Part shown: positions 18,071-26,998 of the stretch, piece by piece
Layout: each line of letters begins with the position of its first letter
Position numbering within the stretch: position 1 is the first letter of the stretch
Virus record (IMG/VR): IMGVR_UViG_3300042878_000903
Location: 1-64,000 of that record
Source: a virus
Reading direction: 5' to 3' (one strand)
Length of the DNA stretch: 64,000 nt
Made by a program: the position numbers and the translations under genes
Notes under the pieces: generated by a model
Database searches by the model: none
What the model was told of the DNA's origin: nothing
Seen by the model: the letters and a program-made list of their open reading frames with translations, nothing else

Positions 18071-18363
18071 TCTGATAACTCCTCAAGTAACACGTGCTTT
18101 GGCTTTGCTCCTGTTATTGTCTTGACTGGTTTACCATAACTAAATAGTATCATGGTTGGGATAGTCTTTATGTCAAATTCATCTGATTTCAATGGATTCT
18201 CATCAACATTTAACTTTCCAACCCAGAGCCCGCACTCATTTGATATCTCATCTAGTATTGGAGATACTTTTTTGCAAGGACCACACCATTCAGCCCAAAA
18301 GTCGATAAGGATTAAATTGTGGGCTTTAAGAACCTTATCAAAACTTTCGTCTGTTACTATCAT
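18061..18363 (-). CDS. trxA: thioredoxin
   Basis: DFWAEWCGPC; IPT. Confidence 0.95.
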   Translation of the reverse strand: MIVTDESFDKVLKAHNLILIDFWAEWCGPCKKVSPILDEISNECGLWVGKLNVDENPLKSDEFDIKTIPTMILFSYGKPVKTITGAKPKHVLLEELSEWI

Positions 18364-18617
18364 TTGTCTTTAAGTTCCTCTGCTGCTGCGTTAAATCTAT
18401 TCATGAAGTCTTGTATTACGAACAGGGTTGTTTCGTGTGCATTTTTTGACATTGCACTAAAGGCTTGTTCGTTCTTTTCATCATCAGGCATTGCTGAGAC
18501 CCATTTTTTATATAGGCCCTCAGCAACCTCCCCGACAATTTCATCCATTACTGTTAATTCAGCCATTAAGCTTTGCCAGCCAAAGTGCTTTGGTTGCAGC
18601 AAGTTTATCCTGTGCAA
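18360..18617 (-). CDS. hypothetical protein (likely start MAELTVM)
   Basis: ORF track. Confidence 0.6.
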   Translation of the reverse strand: MHRINLLQPKHFGWQSLMAELTVMDEIVGEVAEGLYKKWVSAMPDDEKNEQAFSAMSKNAHETTLFVIQDFMNRFNAAAEELKDK

Positions 18618-19734
18618 TTTTTAGTTCATTCTGATATTGTGTTTCTGCTGCAGCAATTGCTGCATTGACCTCAGATTGTAATTTTGCTTTTGCTGCTGCT
18701 TTTGCTGCTGCATCGGCTGCTGCTTTTGCTGCTGCATCGGCTGCTGCTTTTGCTGCTGCATCGGCTGCTGCTTTTGCTGCTGCATCGGCTGCTGAAGTAT
18801 TAATTGGTGTTGCAAGTATTGTGGATACAGAAGAGGTAATCCTTTTCTTAAAAGATCCTTGTCTTCCAGAAGTATTAGCAGCATTTGCCTTCATTATTTC
18901 AATTAGCTCACTGCCAGATTTACCAGTACTTACAGATAAAGATATATAAGTTGCTGCTGCAACCTGTGTAGCAGAAGAAGTTCCAGCGATATTCTTAGTA
19001 ATGTTTCCTGGCCCAACTGCAGGCATATTGCCTAGAGCAAAGAAATCTAATAGCGCAGAATCGTTATTACTATAAGAAGTAATCTCACCAATTTGATCTA
19101 CTGCACCTACAGATACTACATCTGGGATACATGATGGCCAATCAATTCTTGAGTAACTACGTGCATTACCTACTGCAGAAAATACTGGAATAGACATTGC
19201 ATTTAAAGATTGAACTGCTGTTATTGTTCTTGGGAATGTTGGGCAGTATTGTGTTCCAGCCTGACCAAGCATACCGCTACTTCCTTGTGAAATAGAAACT
19301 GCTTTTACATTATATCTAGCAGCATTTTCCTGTAACCAAAATAGCGCTGCTGAAATTGTTGATTCACCAGTTGGCTTTCTCAGACCTTCTGGAGTATTTG
19401 CAATAATTTTAATAAAAAGAACTTTTAGATTGGGATTATATTGAACTGCAGTGCTAGCCATAAGTGTTCCATGGTCAAACCCATTTTTAGTAATTAAGTT
19501 TGATGGCATAGAAGCAGCTCCGCTGCCTTCTTGAAAATTAGTTCCGTTTGGACATAAAGCGTATTCTAGGATACAAACTTCTCCTACGATCTTACCTTGA
19601 AGACCTGGAATTGATGTATCGATTGCTGTGTCTAGGATTGCTAGAACTGGTGCGTTTGCACCAGATGCCTGTGAAATTGCTACAGGAGATAGAAGTGATA
19701 AAGTAAGTACCGCCGTTATTAGTTTATTTTTCAT
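18559..19734 (-). CDS. secreted subtilisin-like S8 serine protease with Ala-rich repeat tail, leaderless
   Basis: Signal peptide; ILDT (Asp), HGT (His), GN oxyanion, GTS (Ser). Confidence 0.88.
   Translation of the reverse strand: MKNKLITAVLTLSLLSPVAISQASGANAPVLAILDTAIDTSIPGLQGKIVGEVCILEYALCPNGTNFQEGSGAASMPSNLITKNGFDHGTLMASTAVQYNPNLKVLFIKIIANTPEGLRKPTGESTISAALFWLQENAARYNVKAVSISQGSSGMLGQAGTQYCPTFPRTITAVQSLNAMSIPVFSAVGNARSYSRIDWPSCIPDVVSVGAVDQIGEITSYSNNDSALLDFFALGNMPAVGPGNITKNIAGTSSATQVAAATYISLSVSTGKSGSELIEIMKANAANTSGRQGSFKKRITSSVSTILATPINTSAADAAAKAAADAAAKAAADAAAKAAADAAAKAAAKAKLQSEVNAAIAAAETQYQNELKIAQDKLAATKALWLAKLNG
18697..18792. repeat. 4 perfect copies of a 24-bp unit encoding AADAAAKA
   Basis: TGCTTTTGCTGCTGCATCGGCTGC x4. 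Confidence 0.95.
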
Positions 19735-19764
19735 ATCTTAATTATACTAAATAAAAGCTGATTG

Positions 19765-19920
19765 TCAAGACTTGTCTTTGTACCATTTCCCAGCGTCTAA
19801 ATCGGACTTTTTATTGTTTTTGTCCATAATATCGTTAACTAATGATATTAGGGTTTGTGTCATTATGCTTAGTTCGTCTATTCTAGATTCTAAATCTTTG
19901 ATTTTTTTAGATTTCCTCAT
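19765..19920 (-). CDS. 51-aa hypothetical protein (not in ORF track)
   Basis: MRKSKKIKDLESRIDEL...GKWYKDKS; fills the gap. Confidence 0.55.
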   Translation of the reverse strand: MRKSKKIKDLESRIDELSIMTQTLISLVNDIMDKNNKKSDLDAGKWYKDKS

Positions 19921-20278
19921 GATTAGCCTTATCTATTGGTGTTGGTGCGGTTGCAAAGCTACCGCACATTAGACATTCCATGTCTAAAAAGTAATTGGAT
20001 ATTTCATAGTCTACAAATGTAACTTTAAGTAGCCAAACTTGTGACCCGCATGGGCAAACATGTGTCGGTGTGCCTCTTAGATCCATTGCCTTATCATAAT
20101 CAACGGGTGGGATATATCTTGGATCTTTTTTTTCTATTTCGCTTATAGCATCTTGCACTGCTTCTTCATATTTATCTATGTAGTATATGCCAACCTTGAA
20201 CCTTCTTGCAAAGATTCTTAGAAAAAAACTCAATAAAATGATTGATATGGTAGCCGATATTATGAGAGCAATCTTCAT
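19907..20278 (-). CDS. membrane-anchored zinc-ribbon protein, leaderless (start MKIALII)
   Basis: TATAAT 6 nt before ATG at 20278; CPCG...CLMCG. Confidence 0.7.
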   Translation of the reverse strand: MKIALIISATISIILLSFFLRIFARRFKVGIYYIDKYEEAVQDAISEIEKKDPRYIPPVDYDKAMDLRGTPTHVCPCGSQVWLLKVTFVDYEISNYFLDMECLMCGSFATAPTPIDKANHEEI

Positions 20279-20292
20279 ATTATTATTATACC

Positions 20293-20856
20293 TTAAACCT
20301 GAATGTATGTATAGGGTCCTGCTACGCACATATTAAACTCAGTTGCCGCTTCTAAAGCAGCCTTAAGTCTAAGTCTAGGGTTTCTTTGTTTTTTTGTTGC
20401 ATGCAAGGCTCCTAGTGCTAATGCACCGCCACTTCCTTCTGCCATGTAGTTTACAACATTTTCTCCTACATGAAAGTCTTCATCAATTGTAAAAAGTCTG
20501 CCGCATACGCCAACCATAAAGACTCCTCCGCTGTCTCCATCATTTTCGCTAGATGTACCATAGCTTCCGTAGCCATTTTCCTTAAAAGCGTCTTTAACAG
20601 AATCAATAAACTTAGTTCTCATAAATTTGTCTAATCCAGAATTAGTTTTTGTTGGAGTATATTTTGGTGGGGCCCATGAGTATTGAAGTATCTGACCCAT
20701 TCTAAATGAATCAGTAAATGCTATTCCGTATTGCCCCACCTTAAAACACTTTGGCTCTCTTCTGGAAATAATTACTCCGCTTTTATCATCTGATGCGGCA
20801 TGATCGGAAGCCATATATACGGTTCCGTTTTGGGCAATAGCTACTATACAGGTCAT
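20293..20856 (-). CDS. Ntn-hydrolase, HslV/proteasome beta-like protease, leaderless
   Basis: N-terminal MTCIVA (Thr nucleophile), ASD, K, GSG..ALGAL. Confidence 0.75.
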   Translation of the reverse strand: MTCIVAIAQNGTVYMASDHAASDDKSGVIISRREPKCFKVGQYGIAFTDSFRMGQILQYSWAPPKYTPTKTNSGLDKFMRTKFIDSVKDAFKENGYGSYGTSSENDGDSGGVFMVGVCGRLFTIDEDFHVGENVVNYMAEGSGGALALGALHATKKQRNPRLRLKAALEAATEFNMCVAGPYTYIQV

Positions 20857-20880
20857 GTTTTTAGTATACTATTTTTAAAA

Positions 20881-21207
20881 TTATTTGTCTATTTGGAGCG
20901 TATCATCAGCGTCAATATGGACGCCTATGTGCTCTAGTTTAAGCAATGACTCTTCTAGGTCAGATTTTACATGAATTAATTCTTGCAGGGCATCGTAGTA
21001 TTTTTGCTTCCACTCATCTAAATCTCTTTCTAGTTTATACAGTTTTATTTGTAAATCTTTGAGTTCAATTAAAAGGCCATCGTGTTGTTTTTCTGCTAAT
21101 CGAACTAATTCTTTTTTCTTTGCTTGCTTATAATTAAAGAATACGCCTATTAGTCCACTACAAAGTGCGGCAGACAGAGTTATTATTAATTGGGTAAGAT
21201 TAAACAT
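20881..21207 (-). CDS. membrane-anchored coiled-coil protein
   Basis: N-terminal TM plus heptad repeats. Confidence 0.7.
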   Translation of the reverse strand: MFNLTQLIITLSAALCSGLIGVFFNYKQAKKKELVRLAEKQHDGLLIELKDLQIKLYKLERDLDEWKQKYYDALQELIHVKSDLEESLLKLEHIGVHIDADDTLQIDK

Positions 21208-21234
21208 TATATCTAATTATACCCTAAAAAGTGT

Positions 21235-21471
21235 TTAAACTAACAGTTCTGCAGCCTTTATGTCTTCTCCAACATATCTTTTCTTAGATATATAATCTTT
21301 TACAATTTCGTGTCCGTGTTGTCTACCACACAAAATTATTGTCCATCTAGGTTCAAATTTATTGTTTATGCATGTCTCACACATAAGTAAATTTATTGCA
21401 AGCAAGCTGGATCTCTTTAGGTTTAAATTAGCCTTACTTTTATTGCAGCAATAGCATAATACTTTCTCCAT
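21235..21471 (-). CDS. hypothetical zinc-binding protein
   Basis: CYCC...CETC. Confidence 0.7.
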   Translation of the reverse strand: MEKVLCYCCNKSKANLNLKRSSLLAINLLMCETCINNKFEPRWTIILCGRQHGHEIVKDYISKKRYVGEDIKAAELLV

Positions 21472-21698
21472 TAATTTTCCTCCGTATTATTAATCCCAAT
21501 TTCATTTGAAATAATGAAATCGCTTGTATCAAAAAGCTCAACAACTTCTTCAAAACCATCGTGGTATCTTATAGAAGACATGTATGCCCCCTGTGATACT
21601 ATTACTCCATATCTTTGCTCAGGAATAATATAAACAATGGATGCAACATCACCCTGCTCTTCCACCTGGTTTCCCCTCCAACTCGACTCGTACCCCAT
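21471..21698 (-). CDS. hypothetical protein
   Basis: ORF track. Confidence 0.6.
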   Translation of the reverse strand: MGYESSWRGNQVEEQGDVASIVYIIPEQRYGVIVSQGAYMSSIRYHDGFEEVVELFDTSDFIISNEIGINNTEEN

Positions 21699-21972
21699 AT
21701 GATTCTAGGATCCTTTTAACCATTTCGATATAATCTATAACTCTCATTCTCATACTGCCATCGTACTGTGAAAAATTGTTTTCATATAATCTTATTGCTA
21801 AAAATTCAGGATACTTTACAATATCCATCTGTAAGTCGTGTGAAGGGCTTTTTAATTCTCTCACTTTTTTTGCCATTTCTTTTGTGTAAAAAACTGGCTT
21901 GTTGGCTTCTCCAGTCCATTCGTTAACGCCATACTGGAAATGATTTTTGTCTTTATCTATAAAGTTAGCCAT
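21649..21972 (-). CDS. hypothetical protein
   Basis: ORF track. Confidence 0.7.
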   Translation of the reverse strand: MANFIDKDKNHFQYGVNEWTGEANKPVFYTKEMAKKVRELKSPSHDLQMDIVKYPEFLAIRLYENNFSQYDGSMRMRVIDYIEMVKRILESYGVRVELEGKPGGRAG

Positions 21973-22273
21973 GTAGTCCCTTTATTTTTTTGTTTATTTC
22001 TTTTGTCTTATGTGCATTTTTTGATTTATCTGGTGTGCCAGAACTTAGATAAACTCCGCCCCAAACACCGTAATTATCTGACTCTACTCCATATTTATAG
22101 CACATGGCAATTACAGGACAAGACATGCATGCCTGATCAATACTTTTTGCTATGTTAATATCCGTTTCGTATGAATCAAAAAATAGGTTGGTGTCCATGC
22201 CAAGACATAGTGCTAGGTCTTGCCATTGAAGTAGGTCTTTATCTATTCCTAAATTATTTAAAATTTTTGACAT
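21965..22273 (-). CDS. whiB: WhiB-family Fe-S transcription factor (likely start MSKILN)
   Basis: WQ..A.C...D..LFF...C..CPV...C...GVWGG. Confidence 0.9.
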   Translation of the reverse strand: MSKILNNLGIDKDLLQWQDLALCLGMDTNLFFDSYETDINIAKSIDQACMSCPVIAMCYKYGVESDNYGVWGGVYLSSGTPDKSKNAHKTKEINKKIKGLHG

Positions 22274-22484
22274 ATTGTGTTGGGAGCTTCCATAGCCCAT
22301 CATCGTTGATTGCAATTTTTTCTGCAATTCCCCACTCATTTTTGAATAGACCGTTTTTATTTGTGAACCCAGAACTATTTTTCTTCCAGATAATTAAAGA
22401 GTAATTGTCCCAAAAAGAATGTAAGACTTTAGAATTAGATCTCTTTATAAAAACATCTACGCCTAATTCAGTTAAGTTAAGCAA
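22254..22484 (-). CDS. hypothetical protein
   Basis: TTG start with AGGAAG RBS. Confidence 0.65.
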   Translation of the reverse strand: MLNLTELGVDVFIKRSNSKVLHSFWDNYSLIIWKKNSSGFTNKNGLFKNEWGIAEKIAINDDGLWKLPTQYVKNFK

Positions 22485-22500
22485 TGAACTTCCTGTCTAT

Positions 22501-22584
22501 TACCCATAATCGGATTTAAACCGACACTCCACGGTTGGAGGCAAACTTTAGGTTTGCTGCGTCTGCCAATTCCGCTATATGGGC
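22501..22584 (-). tRNA. degenerate tRNA-Leu(TAA)-like gene
   Basis: Type II cloverleaf with variable arm; anticodon loop CCTAAAG, T-loop TTTAAAT. Confidence 0.65.
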
Positions 22585-22599
22585 ATAGTGCTTAGTATT

Positions 22600-22628
22600 A
22601 TTATACTTGCCCAAAAGGCCAATGTCAA
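22600..22628 (-). promoter_or_regulatory. perfect promoter TTGACA-17-TATAAT
   Basis: Direct consensus match upstream of tRNA-Leu-like/whiB unit. Confidence 0.85.
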
Positions 22629-22632
22629 CCCT

Positions 22633-22776
22633 TTATTTATTTTTTATTTCAATTATTTTAGCAGATCTAATTTCATCATCTACGCCAAAAATATCATTGG
22701 CATAGTCTCTAGCATCATCTTCATCAAAGGCCTCTATTTCTGCCTCTATTTCTAATTTAACCCTATATGTATTCAT
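22633..22776 (-). CDS. 47-aa acidic protein (not in ORF track)
   Basis: MNTYRVKLEIEAEIEAFDEDDA... Confidence 0.6.
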   Translation of the reverse strand: MNTYRVKLEIEAEIEAFDEDDARDYANDIFGVDDEIRSAKIIEIKNK

Positions 22777-23412
22777 TTATTTAGAGATAGAGTATCCATT
22801 TTTAGTTAATAGATCTATAGCTGCCTTTATTTTAGGGTCTATCTTTGCTGGTATCTTTTGTGATGCCTCTGTTTTTGATGCAGGTTTAGTCTCATTTTTT
22901 GCTGTACCACCAAACTTTGGGCGACCAAAGCCAACAATCGAAATCATTACACCCTTTTTGTTTTTCTTAAAGGCACGAAGTTTCTTGCAGGTTTCTCCGC
23001 CGTTTCTTTGGCTACCTTTTTTACCGTCTCCTGTTGTATTTCCTTCAATACACCAAACAGTTCCATCACCATTGTCTTCAATAACAATTCCTACGTGAGA
23101 AATTCTATCGACACCATCTGATGGGAAATCAAAATAAGCTATGTCTCCTGGTTCTGGATCTGCAATGTCTCCGTCAACCCATGAGCCTGCTTTTTTAAAA
23201 GCAGCCGCACCACTTGGAGTGTAAACAGTATTTGGGATTTTAACTCCCGCCTCATTACCACACCAATTTACAAATGAACCGCACCAAGGTTGGAAATCTG
23301 CTTTAGTAAATTTTCCATACTTGGTTTCATTATCTTTAGGACCTTCAATATAACCAACTTCTGCCTTAGCAACTTCAATTAAACGTGCTGCTGTATTTTG
23401 CTCTGACATCAT
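22777..23412 (-). CDS. CHAP-domain endolysin/amidase
   Basis: PWCGSFV, PGDI.YF, HVGIV, IEGNT. Confidence 0.88.
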   Translation of the reverse strand: MMSEQNTAARLIEVAKAEVGYIEGPKDNETKYGKFTKADFQPWCGSFVNWCGNEAGVKIPNTVYTPSGAAAFKKAGSWVDGDIADPEPGDIAYFDFPSDGVDRISHVGIVIEDNGDGTVWCIEGNTTGDGKKGSQRNGGETCKKLRAFKKNKKGVMISIVGFGRPKFGGTAKNETKPASKTEASQKIPAKIDPKIKAAIDLLTKNGYSISK

Positions 23413-23555
23413 TTACTACCTTTTTTTACTTTGTGTGGACCTAAGTCCGCTTTAATACTACCGTCTTTTCTTAAACGAACAATTCTGCCATCTTTAATTT
23501 GCATTGCATTAAATCCATGATCTTTAAAGTAAGAAGCTGATGACTTATTGGCCAT
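23409..23555 (-). CDS. 48-aa basic protein (not in ORF track)
   Basis: Coupled to neighbours on both sides. Confidence 0.55.
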   Translation of the reverse strand: MANKSSASYFKDHGFNAMQIKDGRIVRLRKDGSIKADLGPHKVKKGSK

Positions 23556-23962
23556 TATTTATTCCAATCAGTATCTACTGGCTGTTCTGCTGGCATTGCT
23601 CCGTCTGGCTTTGCTGCTAAACGTGCAGCCGTTGCATCAATTTCTGCCTCAAGTGTTTTGTCTGCTGCAGTATTCTTAGCGTCCATCTCTTTATTTGCTA
23701 ATTGCGCTGACATTACATCTTTAGCTCCAGATGATCCAATTAATAAGCCAGCAAGTGTTCCCGTGATAAATGTTGCAACGCTTCCGAGAACATTGAAGAA
23801 CATCTTATCGTTTTCTGATTGACCAGTAACTGGCTGTGTGACAAATATCAACGCATACATGATTCCCGTTGCAGTTATAAATAAAATTGATCCTAGAGTT
23901 ATTCCTAAAATAAATTTAAGTCTTGCGTCTAAATCTTGTGGTGATAATCTTTCTCTAGCCAT
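23555..23962 (-). CDS. two-TM membrane protein, holin candidate
   Basis: Two hydrophobic helices; next to endolysin. Confidence 0.6.
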   Translation of the reverse strand: MARERLSPQDLDARLKFILGITLGSILFITATGIMYALIFVTQPVTGQSENDKMFFNVLGSVATFITGTLAGLLIGSSGAKDVMSAQLANKEMDAKNTAADKTLEAEIDATAARLAAKPDGAMPAEQPVDTDWNK

Positions 23963-24152
23963 TTGATGGTTCCTTCATCTCTACTAAATCTTCTGGACAA
24001 GCTCCGTTAGCCGTACAGATTGGTGGTTTGCACTCTGCGCTTTCCCAATTAACAGGATTTTGACACGGATAACGATAGTGACCGTCATAGCCGCATGCAC
24101 TTAATGATAGCATTAGTATGCCTGATAAAGCAATAGGGATTAATTTCTTCAT
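23955..24152 (-). CDS. Cys-rich lipoprotein, leaderless
   Basis: Lipobox LSAC; TGCTATAAT 6 nt before ATG. Confidence 0.75.
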   Translation of the reverse strand: MKKLIPIALSGILMLSLSACGYDGHYRYPCQNPVNWESAECKPPICTANGACPEDLVEMKEPSNG

Positions 24153-24171
24153 AACCCTATTATAGCATTTA

Positions 24172-24390
24172 TTACTCTTTGTCGGATCGCTCTCTTATCC
24201 CTATAGTCAAGAACCATAGGGCTACTGAGGCTAGAGTTACATATCCTACTACTGTTTTTGCGCTGCCTTCAAGAACTACCCAGGCCACAAAAAATCCCAA
24301 GAATGTAAAGTTTTCATTTAAGGCGGCAAAGCCCCATTTCTTTAGCCAGTTCATATTCATATTATACCTTCCTTCTGTATGCTGTGCCAA
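24172..24390 (-). CDS. small two-TM membrane protein (likely start MNMNW)
   Basis: Hydrophobic ORF. Confidence 0.6.
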   Translation of the reverse strand: MAQHTEGRYNMNMNWLKKWGFAALNENFTFLGFFVAWVVLEGSAKTVVGYVTLASVALWFLTIGIRERSDKE

Positions 24391-26998
24391 GAACTATCTG
24401 GCCAGCTATTATTGTTACAACTACAATGTCTTCTGCTTTTTCACGTTCTGGAATAGACATATCCGCACCTATGTTAATTAATGCTTTGCCTAGTTCACAT
24501 TTTTGCTCTTCCGTCAAACCTTCGATTGCCTCGTCTGGATTAAAACAAGTAGCGATTGCATTTGCTAATGCCACTGGGCCTTCTAGCACAAGTAACGCTG
24601 AGGCCACTTCTGCTTGAATTACTACGGGGTTACCGTTTGCATCTTCTCTTACCTCTACTGGAATTGTTGGAGGAAGGTCTCTATATTCAAGCCCAGCTGC
24701 TTCTATGTTATTTGCTGTTACTGGTGCTCCTTCTGCTGATGAGACTAATACATCTGCAACTAAATCTTTTTCTACTAAAGTAAACTTACCATCTTCGCTT
24801 AATGCTTCTGATAAATTGACAACTTCAGCAGTAGTTATTTCCCCGTCTGCAGAAAGCATTTCTGTAATAAACTCTGCTTCTGATTCTGTTAGTCCACCTT
24901 CTGATAAAGACTCAGACACTTCAGCAGCAATCTCTGTAGATACTTCTCCGCCTTCAGCAATTGCTTCTAGTACTGCAGAAATCTCAGATGCATCTAAACT
25001 GCTATCACTAATTAAATCAGTAACAACTTCTTGAATATCTTCTACAGAAAGATTTGCACCACTTTCTGATATTTCTTCAATAGAAACTTCACTTTCTTCA
25101 AATACGATTTCTGCCTCTTCTGCAGGAGTATCTACTGGTTCTGTGTCTACTGGTTCTGTGTCTACTGGTTCTGTGTCTACTGGTTCTGTATCAACTGGTT
25201 CTGTATCAACTGGTTCTGTATCAACTGGCTCTGTATCAACTGGTTCTGTATCAACAGGCTCTGTATCAACTGGTTCTGTGTCTACTGGTTCTGTATCTAC
25301 AGGGGTTGTGTCTATTGGAGTTGTATCTATTGGTGAACTATTGCCACCAGTAGTTAAATTGGAACCTTGTGGTGCGGGTACAGAAATAACAGTCTCAGTA
25401 TATTGACTTACAGGTCCAGACCAGTTAGCAACTCTAACAGTATAGGTAGCCCCCTCTGTCAAACCACTTAACTGAATAGATGCAGGAGCACCATCAGTGT
25501 TTAAGGTTTGTCCTTCATATGGATTTTCTGCATCTGGATCATCTGTTACTACTTGATAGAACCAAGTGTTTGCTGTATACCCTGCTGGTAATTCAGGTGT
25601 AATTGTTACAGTAGTGCCAGCAATAATTGGTTCCGCAAGTACTGGAGCGGGAGTAGGAATGTTATTATTGATGGCAGATGTTAATTGACCTGCTTTAGTG
25701 TTTAATGTTGATTGCAAAGAAGTCTTTGTTGATACCGCTGAGTTTACGGTATTGGTTAAAGATGTTGTATTAATTGCATTTATATTAGAAGTATTTGTTG
25801 TATTTTGAGCAACGACTGGAGTAAGGCTTGAGTTTAATTGTGCAATAGTTGCATTTGCTGCATCAACTGCAGCTTGAACTGTTCCTGTGTTTGGATCTAC
25901 ATATGGAGTAAATGCTGCACCTTGACTTATTTGTCCAGCAAAACTTGCTCCAACATTAGTATCTGTAATTGCAGTTACTGTTCCACCAGTTGTTTCTCTA
26001 TAATTAAATCTTGCTTGATTTGGTATTGGCCCATTAGCAGTTACATCTGCTATCCATGCTCCATTATTAGGATTAATATCAGCATTAAATCTAATTTGAA
26101 CCATTTGTGTAGAAGCATCCTGTTGCGGAAATGGGCGAAGGTCCCAAGCAATATCTAAACTTGTTCCAGTAGTTGCATAAGTAATACCTGTTCCTGTACT
26201 CCAAGTTGTCCAGTCCCAGCCAGCAATAGATACAGAAGGTGCTCCTGGTGTATCCCAATACACATGACCTTCATTTGTTCCAAATGTTATAGTTGCATTA
26301 GATCCGACATAAACATTGTTATAAACGGTGCCACCCATTTGCATTCCGAATGGAAGATTCATTTGAACACCAGCATCGTCTACTCCAGCAAGCACATTTG
26401 TACTAGTTCCTATAGTTGCTTGTAAATTATTTACCGCAGTCTGAGCAGCATCAATGGCAAGGTTTGCTTGGGTTAGTTCGGTTTGAGCAGTTGCCTGTGC
26501 TGTAGAGGCTTCTGTTTTTGCTGCAACGGCTTCAGATATTGCTGTCTGAGCTTCTGTTATTTGTGTTGTTATATTATTTATAGCAGTGGTTGCAGTAGTT
26601 ACTGTAGCCTTTGCATCTTGAACTACCTGAGAACTTTGATCTATTGGGGTAACAGATAAATCAACACTACTAATAGTATTAATAGCAGTTTGAACGTTTG
26701 TGATTTCTGAATTAGCCACAGATATCTTTGATGCCACCTCTGCTGTGACACCTTGGGCTTGGGAGTATTCAGTTTGTGCCTGTGTTATCTCCACTATGGC
26801 ATTGTTTGTGGCTGTAGTGGCTTGTCCAACCTCTGTGGTTGCGGTAGTAATAGCGTCATTAACTGCTTGTTGAGCTGGACTAACAACAACTTGTTCTTGC
26901 CCGCCATTATCTGTAGCCCACGCATAACTTGGTCCAATAAAAAAGAGCCAACCTGTAACAAACAGGCTAGCTAAAAAATATTTTAACTTTCTAGTCAA
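24362..26998 (-). CDS. large acidic surface protein: signal peptide, helical stalk, beta domain, FN3-like domain, (DTEPV)n linker, C-terminal anchor
   Basis: 878 aa; GLTEGATYTVRVA FN3 motif; C-terminal hydrophobic segment plus RRK. Confidence 0.75.
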   Translation of the reverse strand: MTRKLKYFLASLFVTGWLFFIGPSYAWATDNGGQEQVVVSPAQQAVNDAITTATTEVGQATTATNNAIVEITQAQTEYSQAQGVTAEVASKISVANSEITNVQTAINTISSVDLSVTPIDQSSQVVQDAKATVTTATTAINNITTQITEAQTAISEAVAAKTEASTAQATAQTELTQANLAIDAAQTAVNNLQATIGTSTNVLAGVDDAGVQMNLPFGMQMGGTVYNNVYVGSNATITFGTNEGHVYWDTPGAPSVSIAGWDWTTWSTGTGITYATTGTSLDIAWDLRPFPQQDASTQMVQIRFNADINPNNGAWIADVTANGPIPNQARFNYRETTGGTVTAITDTNVGASFAGQISQGAAFTPYVDPNTGTVQAAVDAANATIAQLNSSLTPVVAQNTTNTSNINAINTTSLTNTVNSAVSTKTSLQSTLNTKAGQLTSAINNNIPTPAPVLAEPIIAGTTVTITPELPAGYTANTWFYQVVTDDPDAENPYEGQTLNTDGAPASIQLSGLTEGATYTVRVANWSGPVSQYTETVISVPAPQGSNLTTGGNSSPIDTTPIDTTPVDTEPVDTEPVDTEPVDTEPVDTEPVDTEPVDTEPVDTEPVDTEPVDTEPVDTEPVDTPAEEAEIVFEESEVSIEEISESGANLSVEDIQEVVTDLISDSSLDASEISAVLEAIAEGGEVSTEIAAEVSESLSEGGLTESEAEFITEMLSADGEITTAEVVNLSEALSEDGKFTLVEKDLVADVLVSSAEGAPVTANNIEAAGLEYRDLPPTIPVEVREDANGNPVVIQAEVASALLVLEGPVALANAIATCFNPDEAIEGLTEEQKCELGKALINIGADMSIPEREKAEDIVVVTIIAGQIVLGTAYRRKV
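25128..25333. repeat. 15-bp tandem repeat (11 DTEPV units plus ~3 degenerate units)
   Basis: 15-bp units such as GTGTCTACTGGTTCT / GTATCAACTGGTTCT with synonymous variation. Confidence 0.95.

Noticed and set aside
18621-18949. Gln-rich (18621-18884, -) and Ala-rich (18665-18949, +) ORFs
   Set aside because: Alternative-frame and antisense readings of the 24-bp repeat inside the S8 protease
22501-22584. Amber-suppressor (CUA) reading of the tRNA-like gene and stop-codon recoding
   Set aside because: Canonical register gives UAA; TAG terminates genes normally here and core genes are uninterrupted
25128-25406. (STGSV)n + strand ORF, or a CRISPR-like array
   Set aside because: Antisense of the DTEPV coding repeat; units are contiguous with no spacers and vary at synonymous positions
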